A stretch of 62,607 bases of DNA, filler included, from Catajapyx aquilonaris (lineage: Eukaryota): NCBI GenBank assembly GCA_000934665.2. It is 2 parts of 2 records of this genome, joined end to end, with 100 filler letters (N's around TTAATTAATTAA, not from the genome) between each part and the next. Parts side by side here need not be neighbours in the genome. Positions count along the whole stretch, not along the records: positions 31,368 to 62,607 come from JYFJ02004551.1; 1 more part is not named here. One strand, 5' to 3'. This document shows, piece by piece, positions 59,108 to 62,607 of this stretch. The number at the start of each line of letters is the position of its first letter. Within the stretch, counting starts at the first letter, position 1. The position numbers and the translations under genes are program-made. The notes under the pieces are model-generated. The model was not told where the DNA came from. It saw only the letters and a list, made by a program, of their open reading frames with translations, and made no database searches.

Positions 59108-60495
59108 TATATGCAAAATGGGCACATTCAGAGGTCAAACTGAAGGGAAATCGGGCAGATCACAAAACTCATACATTGCAACATTGGTCCTATATGTTCA
59201 GGCTAAAAAAACCAGCATTGGATTTTAATCCTTCTGCTAGTGCGCAGTACAGCTGTCAGCAAAACCCATGAGACTGGCAGAAGCAGGCTGCTAGCAGAGA
59301 CTTAGCAGGATGAAGGCATACTTCACTCTTCAATTCTTCTCCAAGGCTATAGCCCGGCCTTCACAATAATATATTTTAAAAGATCCAGTTTTCACACATT
59401 GCCAATGTGGAAGCCAGTGCATCAATGATGACTACGTAAGACAAACCTTCAGGTTGCACATCCTGAGGTGAATCAGTTCCTGCACCTGCACAATGCTCTT
59501 TGCCCATACCTAATTATTATCTGCTTTGACAGCTCAACAATCCTGAATATGTCTAATTTTATATTCTGGGCAAAGCCCATCCAAAAGATTCAAAAATGTG
59601 AAAATCACATTGTCTTCCCATAACAAGGTGAATGTATGATTTGTGCAGTTATAAACATAGCCACATAATATTCCGAGATACATGCAGATAGGCTGGGAAC
59701 TCAGATATTATTGTTATAAATTCTTATATAGGAAAATACGCAAACCCATGTTGAATGTTTTTATACTGCAATCCTTTCACTTATAGTACATGCCTGGTAG
59801 TTATTTGGTGTTACTCCCAGGTATAGTGTCACATATTATATAAGTTAACTCCTGATGTAGCATAACTGCAATCTTATTTTTAGGTGTCCCCACAACCATG
59901 TTTCTTTATTATACATAATCACTGACTACATTAATTTCCATTCATACAACCAGGCTAGAGTCTTTGAAACTCTTCTCCGTAGTGGATATTGAGTACAAGA
60001 AATCTGGAACAAAGTGGTACATTTGTTACGCCTGAACGAAAGTCACAGAAGCAGCCTTGTCAGTGAAACTTTATGACAAAAACCCAGCCAATAATATTCT
60101 TGCCCATATCTAAGAAGATTTTGTTCCACAGCATCTCAAAGTCTTCCACACTAGTCACATACAACACCGTCCTGATTGAAGATCTGGTTTTAGCTTCAGC
60201 ATATAGCTAGACTTCTATTAATTTGAGTCTTTTTGTATTAGAATATTGCAAGGAACTACAAGTCCTAGAGGAATTGTGCAGTTTTAGGAGAACTCTGTAT
60301 AAATGACATTTTGCTTAAAACATGCTTCATTTCTTACTACATGTTTTTTTCTTAGAGAAATGTGATAATGATGATCGATGATGATGGTTTTAAGTAATGT
60401 GTGATTTACAGTCTTCAGAGCCTGCCTGCATTAATTTCATCTAATGGAATCACTCTCTTATGTAAGCAACCTAAATATGTATACTGCAGACTTAC

Positions 60496-60561
60496 CTTTC
60501 ATTGCATGGGTTCCTACCATTGCTGAATGTCTGGTCATCTGGGCGCTTAATTCCAAAACGC
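60496..60561 (-). CDS. Candidate 66-nt exon of the repeat gene (frame unresolved)
   Basis: Strong sites aattttgcag| ... AAAG|gtaagt; two frames open (RFGIKRPDDQTFSNGRNPCNE or VLELSAQMTRHSAMVGTHAMK). Confidence 0.4.
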
Positions 60562-61084
60562 CTGCAAAATTCAGCAGACAGCTTCTCTGGTGGTGTTTCA
60601 GGCCTTGACTAATTGTTAAGAAAAAAAGTAATTTCAAAACACTCATACTAATCGAGGCCATGTGGTGATTGTAAGGTGAACTCATCAATAAATTACTATT
60701 TATTGCTGGAATGCCATAATATTTCAGTTTATCTGTCTCCTCTGCCTCCGACATAGAGTCATGTCAATATTATTAGTCAGCAGTGCCAGCAGGTCACCTT
60801 GACATGGTTGATGACAAGTGTGGATTGCCATAAATATGTCTAAAGTTGGTACATGTTTAGGATTGTACCACCATCGCACAACCTCAGCAGTAATGTTGTC
60901 ATGCTCACTGATGGCCATGCCACTCCCATCAAGTTCAACAGCATTCAAATACCACGTATAATAATTCAACTACAATGCTGAGGTAGAGAATGCTTTCACG
61001 TCATAATATATTTTGAGGGTGGTGATAATATCCAGATGGTGGGCAGAACTACATTGGCTCAGGGGCATAATCAATTATCAAATA

Positions 61085-61270
61085 CAGTAGACTCCAGATA
61101 TAACAGACTTCAAGGGACAGAAGAAATCAGTCTACTATAAACATACTGAGGTCTGTTATAATAGCCAAATACACAGCCCATTTATTTAAGTATATGGCCT
61201 TTCAAGTCTGCTATAACTTATAACTGAGAATCTGTTATAGCCTATAGGCTCTTATATCCGGATTCAACTG
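61085..61270. mobile_element. TA-flanked MITE, sister of 7117-7278
   Basis: TA|CAGTAGACTCCAGATATAAC ... TTATATCCGGATTCAACTG|TA. Confidence 0.78.
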
Positions 61271-62165
61271 TATATTATATGCTAGTATAATAATGGTATA
61301 CGGTACAGTATATCCCATGTGGATGGCGAGGGTTGTTATACCACTCCTTTCCACCTTGTCACAATCTCAGTTGCCTTATGGGGTCTACACATGGTCTGCT
61401 TTAGCACTAGTTTTAGTTTTAGTATTAAAGATCCTCCAATCAGAGGGGGCCTTATCCCCACCCTTTGTTCCTCAGTGCCCAGGGCAGATTATTATTAGTG
61501 GATCCTTGACAAGACTAAAATCAGTGCTAAAACAACTCTTGCAGACCCCTTTATAAGTACGAAAACTAAGAATTTAGTCCTCTTGATGGGGACTCTCTAT
61601 TAGACAGTTTTCATTGCATTGCATAGTAATATGGAAATATTAACAGTAGGGTGTCAAGCTCAATACCAAGAAATTAAATAATGGATTGTAAAATTGCCAA
61701 CTCACTGCCCGGCAGAGTGACCTACCCACTGTGTGACTGCACCATGCGACCATGAAATTACTTAAATTTAATTAAATTAATTACCGGTACTTTATCTCTG
61801 TATATAGTTTGATAGCCTAGAGCCATACAACCTGAAGTCCTCAGGTTCGGTGAAAGAAGTCAGAGTACGTCAACAACACAGTGTAAGATTTTTTTTCTAG
61901 CTACTGGAAGACTTCTTTCTCAACTCCCTTGCCTGTCCCAAAGTCAGTTAAAACTTAAAAGTACTAACTTACAACTGTATAATGAACTTCCAAGCTAAGC
62001 ATTCACATAATTATATGTAAGGTAATAATAATGTTGGAGCTTATTGTTCAAAAAGATAATTTATTATCATATAACTCTAAGCCACATGTTTCATGTAAAA
62101 ACCACGTTCTCTACTGATGTCCTACAAAAAAACAAGGTTTTCCAGTATCTGCTAGATGAACTTAC

Positions 62166-62183
62166 CTGTCTTCGCCTTGGCAT
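62166..62183 (-). CDS. Candidate start of the repeat gene (MPRRRQ) within exon 62166-62207
   Basis: ctgtacag| ... ACAATGCCAAGGCGAAGACAG|gtaagt: consensus donor, A at -3 of the ATG; link to downstream exons not resolved. Confidence 0.35.
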
Positions 62184-62489
62184 TGTGGGACCTTCAGTTA
62201 TTCTAAACTGTACAGGTGAATGTACTCTGTCTATATAAATATTAAACAAGGCTCTATGGAAACGGAACTATCAACAATGCCTTTACATAAATAATTTCCC
62301 ATCTTGAATTCTGTGAGTGCAAATATGACAATAATCTAATTTTCTATTTTTTATAGCTGGAAATATATAGTATGTGTCTAAAATACATTTTCTAAGGCTG
62401 GGTTGCACCAAGACACTGGCTCCCAGAAAATTTGTCTGGCCGACAAAGATCAGGCTTACTTTGTTATTCATTGTTGACACCATGGTTGA

Positions 62490-62607
62490 CAACAACAACA
62501 ACAACAACATCATCACGACATTTCCCTATGAGGGGTAGTCAGCGATGAAGGGAGACGCAAGCTAACCCAACAATGAACTAATAAAACTCATGAGAATAAA
62601 CCTAAAA
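62490..62607 (-). mobile_element. 3' end of a non-LTR retroelement, sister of 36434-36546, cut by the window end
   Basis: (CAA)n plus a shared ~100-nt sequence. Confidence 0.65.

Overview
Eukaryotic, intron-rich, transposon-dense DNA, most likely an insect or other arthropod (I-Smad linker motif DxAPSE, tRNA-derived SINEs, Lep1-type Helitrons, TTAGG-like repeat). It is almost certainly two unrelated contigs (1-31267 and 31368-62607) joined by an artificial 100-nt N44-TTAATTAATTAA-N44 linker. Contig 1 carries the 5' part of an inhibitory Smad gene (Smad6/7/Dad: MH1 exon, PPPY micro-exon, linker exon; MH2 not seen), with two perfect Mad/Medea activating elements in intron 1. Contig 2 carries three genes: the last exon of RCHY1/Pirh2 (+); a four-exon MDP1-like HAD phosphatase (-) whose nucleophilic Asp is replaced by Ser (candidate pseudophosphatase); and an unrecognised multi-exon gene (-) built from tandemly duplicated ~40-aa exons, with a strong excess of amino-acid changes and a C-terminal transmembrane anchor. 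The rest is MITEs (Tc1/mariner, pogo/Tigger, hAT, Kolobok-like, piggyBac-like), Helitrons, SINEs, long fold-back palindromes and microsatellites. All family assignments come from manual reading and recalled motifs; no searches were run. No prokaryotic system or CRISPR array is present.
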